This document shows, in pieces, positions 29,830 to 38,123 of a stretch of DNA of 40,482 nucleotides. Below the pieces are notes generated by a model that saw nothing but the letters and a program-made list of their open reading frames with translations, was not told the DNA's origin and did no database searches. The stretch spans positions 3,018,214-3,058,695 of the forward strand of contig CP070761.1 of assembly GCA_020348985.1 (NCBI GenBank). Reading direction: 5' to 3'. Source of the stretch: Candidatus Thorarchaeota archaeon. Lineage in GTDB: Archaea > Asgardarchaeota > Thorarchaeia > Thorarchaeales > Thorarchaeaceae. The position numbers were made by a program, and so were the translations under genes. Positions within the stretch are counted from its first letter, which is position 1; each line of letters opens with the position of its first letter.

Positions 29830-29901
29830 TCGCCTGAAGCATGCGTCTTGAAGACGGAATGCATTTCAGACAGAAGAGCGGATATTTCAGTCGTGACAAT
29901 C

Positions 29902-30669
29902 ATGGAAAAGCTGTACATGTTGACGAAGATGACCTGGAAGGAAGTTGAGGAGAGACTCAAAGAATCCGATACGGTCCTTGTCCCAATTGGGTCGATGGAA
30001 CAACATGGCCCAGCGTTACCTTTGGACAACGATCATTTCATCGCCCGAAGATTCGCAGAGAAAGTAGTAGAACGTCTTTGGGAAACTATCAAGCTTGTTG
30101 TCGCACCAACTATTTCGATAGGATATTCAGAACATCACATGGATTTCAAAGGGACCATAACCCTCAGAGAATCAACCCTCGTCGATGTGATTGTGGACGT
30201 TTGCAGGTCCCTGGCCGCACACGGATTCAGGAGAATAGTTCTAATCAATGGACATGGCGGAAATCAGTCAGCGATTCGCAACGCGTTGAATCTGTTTCGA
30301 GAAGGGATGGAATCACAAGTCTTCGCCATCAACTGGTGGGACATGGCCAAGGACAAGATTCGCGAAGTCGGATCCAGGCCATTCTTCCATGCTTGTGATA
30401 ATGAGACCTCAGTGGCTTGGTATCTCGGGCAGAGAGTACTTGCAGACAAGCGTGTGGACGAGCCTGGTAGAAAGATCGTGCCCGGTTACATTGAGCCTGA
30501 CATGGCCGGTGATGCGTTCACTGTGTCGGGTGTCTATAGTATGAAGGACATAACTGATTCAGGAGTCGTAGGATATTCTACGAAGGCAACCGAAGAGAAG
30601 GGGAAACAGATTGTCGATGTAGCTGTTGAGCGAATGGTAGATTTCATCCTGAGGATCTTAGAGATGTAG
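29902..30669 (+). CDS. Creatininase family amidohydrolase
   Basis: GSMEQHG..D, SEHH..FKGT, NGHGGN, HA..ETS, SGVVG (ORF track starts 29848). Confidence 0.9.
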   Translation: MEKLYMLTKMTWKEVEERLKESDTVLVPIGSMEQHGPALPLDNDHFIARRFAEKVVERLWETIKLVVAPTISIGYSEHHMDFKGTITLRESTLVDVIVDVCRSLAAHGFRRIVLINGHGGNQSAIRNALNLFREGMESQVFAINWWDMAKDKIREVGSRPFFHACDNETSVAWYLGQRVLADKRVDEPGRKIVPGYIEPDMAGDAFTVSGVYSMKDITDSGVVGYSTKATEEKGKQIVDVAVERMVDFILRILEM

Positions 30670-30671
30670 GC

Positions 30672-32123
30672 TTACGTCGTGGGTATGTGACTGAGAGACA
30701 GACCGTGCCGCTTGGCAATGCTCTTGAGGACTTCATCTAGGCTTGCATCCGCAGCTTCTGGGAGTGGCGTCGGCTGATGCTCTTTCAGAATCTTCTCAAC
30801 TATTTCATGAGCCCTAGTATAGGCGTCTCTTGATCCTGATTTCTGCCAGGATTCTGGTGTCTGACGGTCAATGACATCCGAAGGCATGAAGTGCTCTTTC
30901 CTGAAGTGCTCTCTCGTATGCTTCTGACTTAGGAAATGACCTGCTGGTCCAACCGAGTCAATCAATGCCGAAACGATGGCACCGTTGTCCATCTCAATGC
31001 CTTCAATGAGGCGATAGGCCGCGCCACAGAGATCATTGTCAACAACGAGCTTCTCGAGTGACTGGCCATTCTCAAACGCGAGCATGCCTGGTCCAGAGAC
31101 TATGTTAATCCTTGCAAGAGCCGCAAGAACTATTCCTAGTCCGGATTCTAACCCAGCTTGAGCATCCACAGCTTTTGCATCACTCACCCCAAGATAAGCG
31201 TGAGTCGGGATTCCATAGTGCTTTCCAATTTCAGCGGCACCACACGCAGCCATCTGGGCCTCAAGTCCAGCTGTTCGAGTCAATGCATATTTCATGTCGA
31301 ATGCTGAGATAGCTCCGCCGTAGACTATCGGAGCTCCGGCACTGACTGTCTGGGAAATCACAACGCCGCTCAGAATCTCTGCATTGGACTGAATCAGTGT
31401 TCCGGAAAGTGTTACAGGACTGTTTGCTCCTATCTGTGGTGCCGGAACTATGGCAGCAGGCACACCGTGCTTTGCGCAATCGACGAGATTCTGGGAAGTC
31501 TCTTCGCTCCACATGAGCGGGGAGGACGGACAACAATCGAATATTGCTCTTGGATTAGAAGCTAACTCTTTGGGCCCACCCACTGCAGCTTCAAGTAGAC
31601 GAATCATGTCCAAGAGGCCTTCTTGGTTGAATGCGCCAGTTACGATTGGCTTTGGCGAGTTCTTTAGAATGATGTAGAGTCTGTAAAGATCAGAGATCGA
31701 AACGGGAGCGTCATTAGCAACAACTGCAGTGCTTTGCAAACGAATGAACTCTAGCGAGTCAACTAGGTGAACTAGTTCTGTTAGGTCTTTAGTTTTGGCA
31801 GGCCGGAGTATTCCTGTTTCTCTGTCGATGATGTTGAGAGCAGAGGACCCTGGATTGTAGTGGACGTCATCTCCCCCCACAGCCAGCTTCTTTGATCCAG
31901 CCCTATTGTGGAGATAGAACTTCCTCGGGACACTCTTCAGACACCTATCGATTATGTCTGAAGGGATACGGACTACTGACGATTCCAGTTCGCATCCAGC
32001 ATTCTTCAGAAGCTCACAAACTGCTCGATTCTTGATGAGTATCCCCGTATTCCCAAGAACCTCAATAGAAGCTTCATGGATTTCATCAATATTCTCTTGG
32101 GTCAGGAATTTGATTCGCGTCAT
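30672..32123 (-). CDS. mttB: Trimethylamine:corrinoid methyltransferase (MttB superfamily), non-pyrrolysine
   Basis: IHEASIEVL, SPLMW, SPVTLSG..NAEILSG, SDAK..DAQAGLES, GPAGHFL..HT; no in-frame TAG (ORF track extends to 32150). Confidence 0.88.
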   Translation of the reverse strand: MTRIKFLTQENIDEIHEASIEVLGNTGILIKNRAVCELLKNAGCELESSVVRIPSDIIDRCLKSVPRKFYLHNRAGSKKLAVGGDDVHYNPGSSALNIIDRETGILRPAKTKDLTELVHLVDSLEFIRLQSTAVVANDAPVSISDLYRLYIILKNSPKPIVTGAFNQEGLLDMIRLLEAAVGGPKELASNPRAIFDCCPSSPLMWSEETSQNLVDCAKHGVPAAIVPAPQIGANSPVTLSGTLIQSNAEILSGVVISQTVSAGAPIVYGGAISAFDMKYALTRTAGLEAQMAACGAAEIGKHYGIPTHAYLGVSDAKAVDAQAGLESGLGIVLAALARINIVSGPGMLAFENGQSLEKLVVDNDLCGAAYRLIEGIEMDNGAIVSALIDSVGPAGHFLSQKHTREHFRKEHFMPSDVIDRQTPESWQKSGSRDAYTRAHEIVEKILKEHQPTPLPEAADASLDEVLKSIAKRHGLSLSHIPTT

Positions 32124-32151
32124 TTGACTGCCTCTGGTTGATTCAGGCAAG

Positions 32152-32169
32152 CACTTGCAGCTACAAGTG
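32152..32169. promoter_or_regulatory. 18-bp near-perfect palindrome, candidate operator upstream of mttB
   Basis: CACTTGCAG|CTACAAGTG (one mismatched pair), about 30 bp upstream of the mttB ATG. Confidence 0.35.
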
Positions 32170-32348
32170 AAATGGCCTGTAATTAATCTACAGCTAGATT
32201 CTGTTCATGATCTTGTGGTCGGAAAACTGCGAGCAATGCCTTGCTATGACAGCTCAGTTTATATACTAACTAACACTTAATACTGAGTAATACATAGTGT
32301 GCAACGCTTAGTCGTATGCAACACTGAGTAGACAAGTGGTATTTAGAC

Positions 32349-33269
32349 ATGAATACAACAATCGCGAAAACAGAAGAGATGAAGACAAAAGGCGAAATGA
32401 AACAAATCAGAAGTCGACGAATCCTGTATGAAGTGGGAATGGCTGCTGTGTTAGTCATAGTAGCGTCATTCGGATTCTGGGGCGCATATGCATCAGGAAT
32501 CTCGACCGAACTGCGTATTCTTGTGTTCGTGGGTCTTCCGGCCGGATTCCTAGTGGCAGCTTTGGTAACGAGATTGAACCAGCGTTACACGAAGTACTGG
32601 GAAATCTCGTTCATCTTCTTTGCCATCTTTGGGGGAATTCTAGTATCAGCTCTGCTTAGTCATACTATGAGTACAGTACTGCTGCAATATCTCGGACTAG
32701 AGACATCCAACCCGTACGCTTCATCCGCTACGCTCGCTGTCTTGAAGTTCTCCGAAGTTGCGCTTTCAGTCGTCCCTGCTCTGATTCTGATAGGAATCGC
32801 AGGAATCAATCTGCAGAGTGTGTATCTCAAAGGTGGTGACAAGAGACGTGCGCTGAAGTATGCTCTTCTGCCAATTGGAATCGTCGTTCTCGTCGCGCTG
32901 ACTGAACTGGGGGTATTGCTCACTATAGGTTTAGATGATCTCCTCGTGTGGACACCTGGAGTCATTGTGTTTTCGTTCTCAAATGCCTTCATGGAAGAGT
33001 TCTGGTTTAGAGGGCTTCTTCTTGGCAAGTCAAATGAATTGATGAGTAGTCGAGCATCATTGATGTGGACGTCGATTGCGTTCGGCATGATGCACTTTGC
33101 AACCAACTATGGCGTAGGAGTAGAGCATCTGGTGTTTGTGGCCATCACTCTTATTCTAGGTTTAGCTTTCGGCTATGCCGTTCTGAAATCTGATAGCATT
33201 TGGGGAGCTGTAGTGGCTCACGCAATTGGAGACATCTTCTTCGTCTTCCTAGTCTTAGCAGCATTATGA
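32349..33269 (+). CDS. CPBP (CAAX protease/Abi) intramembrane glutamic endopeptidase
   Basis: Multiple TMs; EEFWFRG, FGMMH, HAIGD motifs. Confidence 0.88.
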   Translation: MNTTIAKTEEMKTKGEMKQIRSRRILYEVGMAAVLVIVASFGFWGAYASGISTELRILVFVGLPAGFLVAALVTRLNQRYTKYWEISFIFFAIFGGILVSALLSHTMSTVLLQYLGLETSNPYASSATLAVLKFSEVALSVVPALILIGIAGINLQSVYLKGGDKRRALKYALLPIGIVVLVALTELGVLLTIGLDDLLVWTPGVIVFSFSNAFMEEFWFRGLLLGKSNELMSSRASLMWTSIAFGMMHFATNYGVGVEHLVFVAITLILGLAFGYAVLKSDSIWGAVVAHAIGDIFFVFLVLAAL

Positions 33270-33329
33270 ATACGGCACTAGAAGTCGTCCAGACTGGAGA
33301 CAGTGCCGATTGGTCTGATAGAAGAATCC

Positions 33330-33352
33330 GAGGTGGCATCAGCCACCTCTTT
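33330..33352. terminator. Hairpin between convergent CPBP and metG genes
   Basis: GAGGTGGC-ATCA-GCCACCTC perfect 8-bp stem followed by TTT on the + strand. Confidence 0.5.
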
Positions 33353-33364
33353 CCGAAGAATCAT

Positions 33365-35419
33365 TTAAGCAGCCTTACTGCCCGGGGGCACTCCATCAAC
33401 AGTGACAGGAACCCATCTACCGGGCTCGTCAGCCTTCTCGACTGCCAGAATCATTCCATGGCTTTCAATACCGCCAATCTTCTTGGGCTCCAAATTCACC
33501 AGGAATAGGGCCGTCATTCCTTGAAGCTCATCTGGCTTGTATTGATCAGCCAGCCCGGTGACCATCGTCCTCGTCTCCGTGCCAATGTCGACCTTGATCT
33601 TAAGCAGCTTGTCCTTCTTGGGGACTTTCTCGACTTCGAGGATAACTCCCGCGCGCAAGTCAATCTTCTTGAAGTATTCAAACGATATGATTTCGGATTC
33701 CTCCTCCATATCTTCACCCTTCTGAGCTGCCTCAGCCGCTCTAATCCGATTGGAGATGGACTCCTTCAGTGACGCAAGAAGATCATCATCGATCTTGGAA
33801 ATGACAGGTTTTGGCGTTCCTAGTTCGGTGCCAACAGTTGGTGGATTCAGAGCCTCATCCAGAGGCACTTCGTGAATCTCAGACGGTTCATGCCCAAGCT
33901 GACCCCAAACTGTCTCTGCAGTAGAAGGCAGTATCGGGTCCACCAAAATTGTCAAAGCTTTGACCAGTGCAGCTGCATTGTAAAGGACTTCACCACACTT
34001 CCCTTTGTCAGTTTTGACTAGATCCCATGGCTTGTTCGATTGGAAATACTCATTGCCGACCGCAGCAAGTCGAAGAACTTCATCAGCCACTTTCTTTAGT
34101 TCGTATTCGTTGACGGCACTGACTATTCCATCAATGGTCTTATTGATTTCCTTCTTGAGCTTTGAATCTAGCTTACCCTCGGGCACACTACCATAGTGCT
34201 TCTTTGTGAAGTGAAGAGCACGATAGATGAAGTTGCCAAGAGTTGCAACAAGCTCGTTGTTGACCTTTTCTGCCAGGGTCTGCCAAGAGAAATCGAGGTC
34301 CTTTGTCTGGCTGGTCGATGCCACCATATAATAGCGCAGGTAATCAGGATCCAACCCATTGTCGAGGTAGTCTTCTTCAATAAAGACAACGTAGCCCCTG
34401 CTTCTACTGAAATTGTGACCCTCAACCTTCACCATCCCTGATGCAACAACAGCAAATGGTAGATTGTACCCGCTTCCCTTTAGCATCGAGGGCCAAAACA
34501 GACAATGGTGGTAAACTATGTCTTGACCTATGTAGTGTACCAGACGTCCATCACCAGGCTTCCAGTACTTCTCCCATGCGTCAGGCTGACCGATTCCCTT
34601 TGCCCACTGTTCAGTGCTCGACATATAGTGGATTGGGGCGTCCACCCAAACGTAAAGCACCAAATCCGCTTCGCCAGGATATTTGATTCCCCAATCAAGA
34701 TCTCTTGTTATGCACCAGTCTTGGAGACCTTCTCTCACCCAACTCAACGCGAAGTTCCGGGCGTTCTTGGTACCGCCCATCTTCTGTAGATAGTCTTCCA
34801 AGAACGAACTGAACTCGGTCAGTTTTAGGAAGTAGTGAGTTCGTGACACAGGTCGAGTGGGATTGCCGCATATCGCGCATCTGGGATTGAGAATCTCACC
34901 GGGTTCCAGATAGCGACCACATCCTTGGTCACACTCATCACCCCTAGCATCGGAGTGACAATACGGACACTCTCCTCGCACAAATCTGTCTGGTTGAGAC
35001 CGCCCGCATGTGTCGCAGTAGGGCGTCTCAAGCTCCTTCGAGTAGATGTATCCGTTCTTCTGAAGCTCATCGACAATCTGAAGCGTACGGTCCACATTCT
35101 CCTTGTCGTCTGTTGTACCGTAGTTGTCAAAGAAGATGTTCAGCTTGGGAAAAGTCTCAACGTAATGCTGATGATACTTCTGATAGACTTCCTTTGGTGT
35201 GAGCCCTTCCTTCTCGGCCACTGTCACAACCGGGGTCCCATGTGTGTCGGATCCACAAACGAAAGTGACATCTACTCCCATCTTTCTAAGGAGTCTGACA
35301 AACACGTCAGCGGGGACGTAGGTTCGAAGGTGACCTATGTGCATAGTCCCGCTTGCGTATGGTAGTCCACATGTTACAAGCACAGGATCTTCTGTTGGAT
35401 AGTTCTTCAGTCTAGTCAC
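33365..35419 (-). CDS. metG: Methionine--tRNA ligase (archaeal type, C-terminal tRNA-binding OB domain)
   Basis: HIGH, GSDTHG, Zn-knuckle Cys pairs, YVWVDAP, KMSKS-equivalent NFSRS, C-terminal Trbp111-like SHGMIL. Confidence 0.96.
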   Translation of the reverse strand: MTRLKNYPTEDPVLVTCGLPYASGTMHIGHLRTYVPADVFVRLLRKMGVDVTFVCGSDTHGTPVVTVAEKEGLTPKEVYQKYHQHYVETFPKLNIFFDNYGTTDDKENVDRTLQIVDELQKNGYIYSKELETPYCDTCGRSQPDRFVRGECPYCHSDARGDECDQGCGRYLEPGEILNPRCAICGNPTRPVSRTHYFLKLTEFSSFLEDYLQKMGGTKNARNFALSWVREGLQDWCITRDLDWGIKYPGEADLVLYVWVDAPIHYMSSTEQWAKGIGQPDAWEKYWKPGDGRLVHYIGQDIVYHHCLFWPSMLKGSGYNLPFAVVASGMVKVEGHNFSRSRGYVVFIEEDYLDNGLDPDYLRYYMVASTSQTKDLDFSWQTLAEKVNNELVATLGNFIYRALHFTKKHYGSVPEGKLDSKLKKEINKTIDGIVSAVNEYELKKVADEVLRLAAVGNEYFQSNKPWDLVKTDKGKCGEVLYNAAALVKALTILVDPILPSTAETVWGQLGHEPSEIHEVPLDEALNPPTVGTELGTPKPVISKIDDDLLASLKESISNRIRAAEAAQKGEDMEEESEIISFEYFKKIDLRAGVILEVEKVPKKDKLLKIKVDIGTETRTMVTGLADQYKPDELQGMTALFLVNLEPKKIGGIESHGMILAVEKADEPGRWVPVTVDGVPPGSKAA

Positions 35420-35560
35420 ACTCCTTCATTTCTTATGAATGTCAATTAACCTAGTACTGGCTGCAGGAAGCAGATGCTCAGAAGTAGAACATTCAGGCTG
35501 GTCGGACTGAATCTCGAACCATTGCGATTTCGTTTTGAAGTTCTTGCTTTCTTTTCTGTG

Positions 35561-35759
35561 AGTTTCTTTCCCGCCTTCAGTAAGTAGGTACGAGAACCTC
35601 ATCGGATTACGGATATAACTCTTACTTCCCATGCCCTCAGTGTCTTCGCAGTTTGGCTGGCTTGTTGGTAGTTCCTTGGTAGACGTCGTTCTGCGATAGT
35701 CGACTGGGGCCGATTTGTAACGTCCAGTCTTTACTAATGTATAAAGGGGGAATTGCACA
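35561..35759 (-). pseudogene. Degraded HxlR-family winged-helix regulator
   Basis: Collinear pieces across three frames: CAI..ISKDWTLQIGPSRLS / ERRLP / GTTNKPAKLR / EGMG..NPMRFSYLLTEGGKE. Confidence 0.5.
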
Positions 35760-35801
35760 TAGGACGAGAGGAAACCGCGGTTACTGTCCGGAGGAAAATG
35801 G

Positions 35802-38123
35802 GTGAAACCCAGCTATCACATGTTAGGATGCATATTAGTAGGCCTATTGATATCTGGGTTTACACCAGTTGCTACTAGTGCTAGTCCACAGTCTAAAGTT
35901 GACTTTGGACCCAGTCAAGCCTCAATTGAGAGTTCATTGCTCTTCTCTACATATTTGGGAGGGGACCAAAGGCTGTCCGACGACGACAGAGCAGCTGCAA
36001 CATGTGTCGGCCCTGATGGAGGCATCTTTGTTGTAATCTACTCTGAAACCCATCTTTGGCCATTGGTCAATGCCTATCAAGACACTTACGGAGGGGGAGA
36101 GTCTGATATTGTACTTGTAGAACTCAGCTCAGATGGTTCTACGGTGCTCTACTGCACTTTTCTGGGCGGAGATGGTCTGGATTTCCCTCAGCATATGGTT
36201 GTCGACGATGCCAGGAATGTGTACATAGCTGGGTCCACCAATTCGAGCAATATTGCTACGCCCGGCGCTTTTGATGAAAGCCACAATGGGGAACGAGACA
36301 TCTTCATCATGAAGTTCACACCTGATACTAATACTATGCACTACTGGACTTACGTTGGAGGATCGGATTCAGATGAAGCAAGTTCTCTTGCAGTTGATTC
36401 TGGTGGAAATGCGTATGTGACTGGATATACTAGATCTGGTGATTTCCCAGTCACAAATGGAATTGACGACTCTCTAAATGGGACACAAGACGCCTTTGTC
36501 TTGAAACTCAATTCAGAAGGGGACGAGCTGTCATTCTCGACCTTCTTGGGAGGAGTTGGGGTTGAGTGGGGAAGCTATGTGACTCAAGGTCCCAATGGAA
36601 GTCTATTCGTCACCGGTCACACTGAGTCGCACGACTTCTACTGCACTGAGGATGCTTATGATTCGACACTGAATGGAACACGTGATGGCTTTGTCGTAAA
36701 GCTGGAACCTGATGGAAGTGATATCACATTCTCAACTCTCGTAGGTGGACTTAGAGATGACCAAGTCTTGTGTTCCTTTGTTGACGATTTAGGTTGTGCG
36801 TATCTTGCCGGCACAACTCGCTCTTCCGACTTTCCGATAGTCGATGGACTAGCAGATGAAATTGGTGGAGATGCTGACTCATTTGTGCTGAAGCTCTCAC
36901 CAGACGGTAGTGAGATTTTCTACTCTACCTATGTTGGAGGCGAAGGCGATGAAGAGGCATGGCACATAGCTGTGGACAACTGGGGTTGTGTGTACATTGC
37001 AGGGAAAACATATTCTGATGACTACCCAGTAGCCAACGCATTCGATGAGGAATACGGTGGCGAAGGCGATTGCTTCTTGACGAAGCTGGACATTGGAAAC
37101 AATAGCGTTCTCTTCAGTACGTACATTGGTGGAGACGCATTTGACTGCGCATTACGATTTGACTTCGACAGCGCTGGAAACATCATCGTATGTGGGTATA
37201 CCAGTTCTGATGACTTTCCGACAACTAGTGGTTCTTTTCAAGAAGAGTACTACGCAAATTGGGATGCTTTCTTGATTGCACTCCATGACTTGGGAGACAT
37301 GGACTTGGATGGTCTGAATGAATGGGCGGAATACCTCAGTGGGACGATGAGGGCCAGCAATGACACGGAATCAGATGGTATGCCAGATGGATGGGAAGTC
37401 ACATTCGGACTTGACCCGCTAGTGGACGATGCAGACCTTGACAAAGACGGTGACGGCCTATCGAATCTGGGTGAATTCCAGAACCGCACAGATCCGACTT
37501 TTCCGGATTCAGATCTTGATGGAATTCCTGATGGGTGGGAGGTTCACAATGGATACGATCCAGGGAATGAATACATACCCCTCGGTCAGCTTCTTCATTA
37601 TAACCTGTTGTTCGTTATTGTTGGACTCGTTGTCATAGTCACAATTCCGACTGTATACTTCATTCGCCCCAGACTAGTGAGAGAGAAGACTGTCGAAGTG
37701 TCATTTGGCAGTGAGGAGGAGACTCTGAAAGCACTCGAAGAATTGATTCAGGAGTTTCCAAACGTTGCGGACTTCGAGAGAATCGAAGCCAAACCTGAAA
37801 GAGAAGAACTCGAAGTTGACCTGAGTCGTCTTCGGGAGTTGATGAGTCAAGTCGACAGGCTCCTGAAAATCGAGCACACATTGGAAGGTCAGGTCAAGGA
37901 AGCCCTCCTGAGGGAAGGTGTACACCAATCAGTAGTGGGTCAAATCACAGTTGAGTTTCTCACGAAGGAGCGCGCGAGTTTGGATGCGGCAGATTTGAGA
38001 GCGTTAGGAATAATCCAAGAGATAATGGATATTCCAAGTCCGGACGAGATCAGAAGCATGATGGATGCACAAGAAGTCGTTGAACAAGTGTTGAGAGGAA
38101 TGGGGAGAGTGAAAGAAGAGTGA
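35802..38123 (+). CDS. SBBP beta-propeller surface protein with Ca-binding DxDxDG repeats, TM and ~150-aa cytoplasmic domain
   Basis: Signal peptide; about 7 STYLGG..D..VD..GN.Y..G.T.S.DFP repeats; four DxxxDG repeats; TM LLFVIVGLVVIVTIPTVYFI; SD GGAGG. Confidence 0.87.
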   Translation: MKPSYHMLGCILVGLLISGFTPVATSASPQSKVDFGPSQASIESSLLFSTYLGGDQRLSDDDRAAATCVGPDGGIFVVIYSETHLWPLVNAYQDTYGGGESDIVLVELSSDGSTVLYCTFLGGDGLDFPQHMVVDDARNVYIAGSTNSSNIATPGAFDESHNGERDIFIMKFTPDTNTMHYWTYVGGSDSDEASSLAVDSGGNAYVTGYTRSGDFPVTNGIDDSLNGTQDAFVLKLNSEGDELSFSTFLGGVGVEWGSYVTQGPNGSLFVTGHTESHDFYCTEDAYDSTLNGTRDGFVVKLEPDGSDITFSTLVGGLRDDQVLCSFVDDLGCAYLAGTTRSSDFPIVDGLADEIGGDADSFVLKLSPDGSEIFYSTYVGGEGDEEAWHIAVDNWGCVYIAGKTYSDDYPVANAFDEEYGGEGDCFLTKLDIGNNSVLFSTYIGGDAFDCALRFDFDSAGNIIVCGYTSSDDFPTTSGSFQEEYYANWDAFLIALHDLGDMDLDGLNEWAEYLSGTMRASNDTESDGMPDGWEVTFGLDPLVDDADLDKDGDGLSNLGEFQNRTDPTFPDSDLDGIPDGWEVHNGYDPGNEYIPLGQLLHYNLLFVIVGLVVIVTIPTVYFIRPRLVREKTVEVSFGSEEETLKALEELIQEFPNVADFERIEAKPEREELEVDLSRLRELMSQVDRLLKIEHTLEGQVKEALLREGVHQSVVGQITVEFLTKERASLDAADLRALGIIQEIMDIPSPDEIRSMMDAQEVVEQVLRGMGRVKEE

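Noticed and set aside
30672-32123. Pyrrolysine recoding in MttB
   Set aside because: No in-frame TAG; Ser occupies the Pyl-equivalent position
32349-33269. CPBP/Abi as an abortive-infection defence gene
   Set aside because: The Abi name is historical for this family; motifs indicate an ordinary intramembrane protease and there is no defence context
35426-35758. 110-aa ORF, riboswitch/T-box or C/D sRNA upstream of metG
   Set aside because: No SAM riboswitch or T-box consensus; the CGATGA..CTGA spacing is too short for a full C/D guide; an HxlR remnant explains the region better
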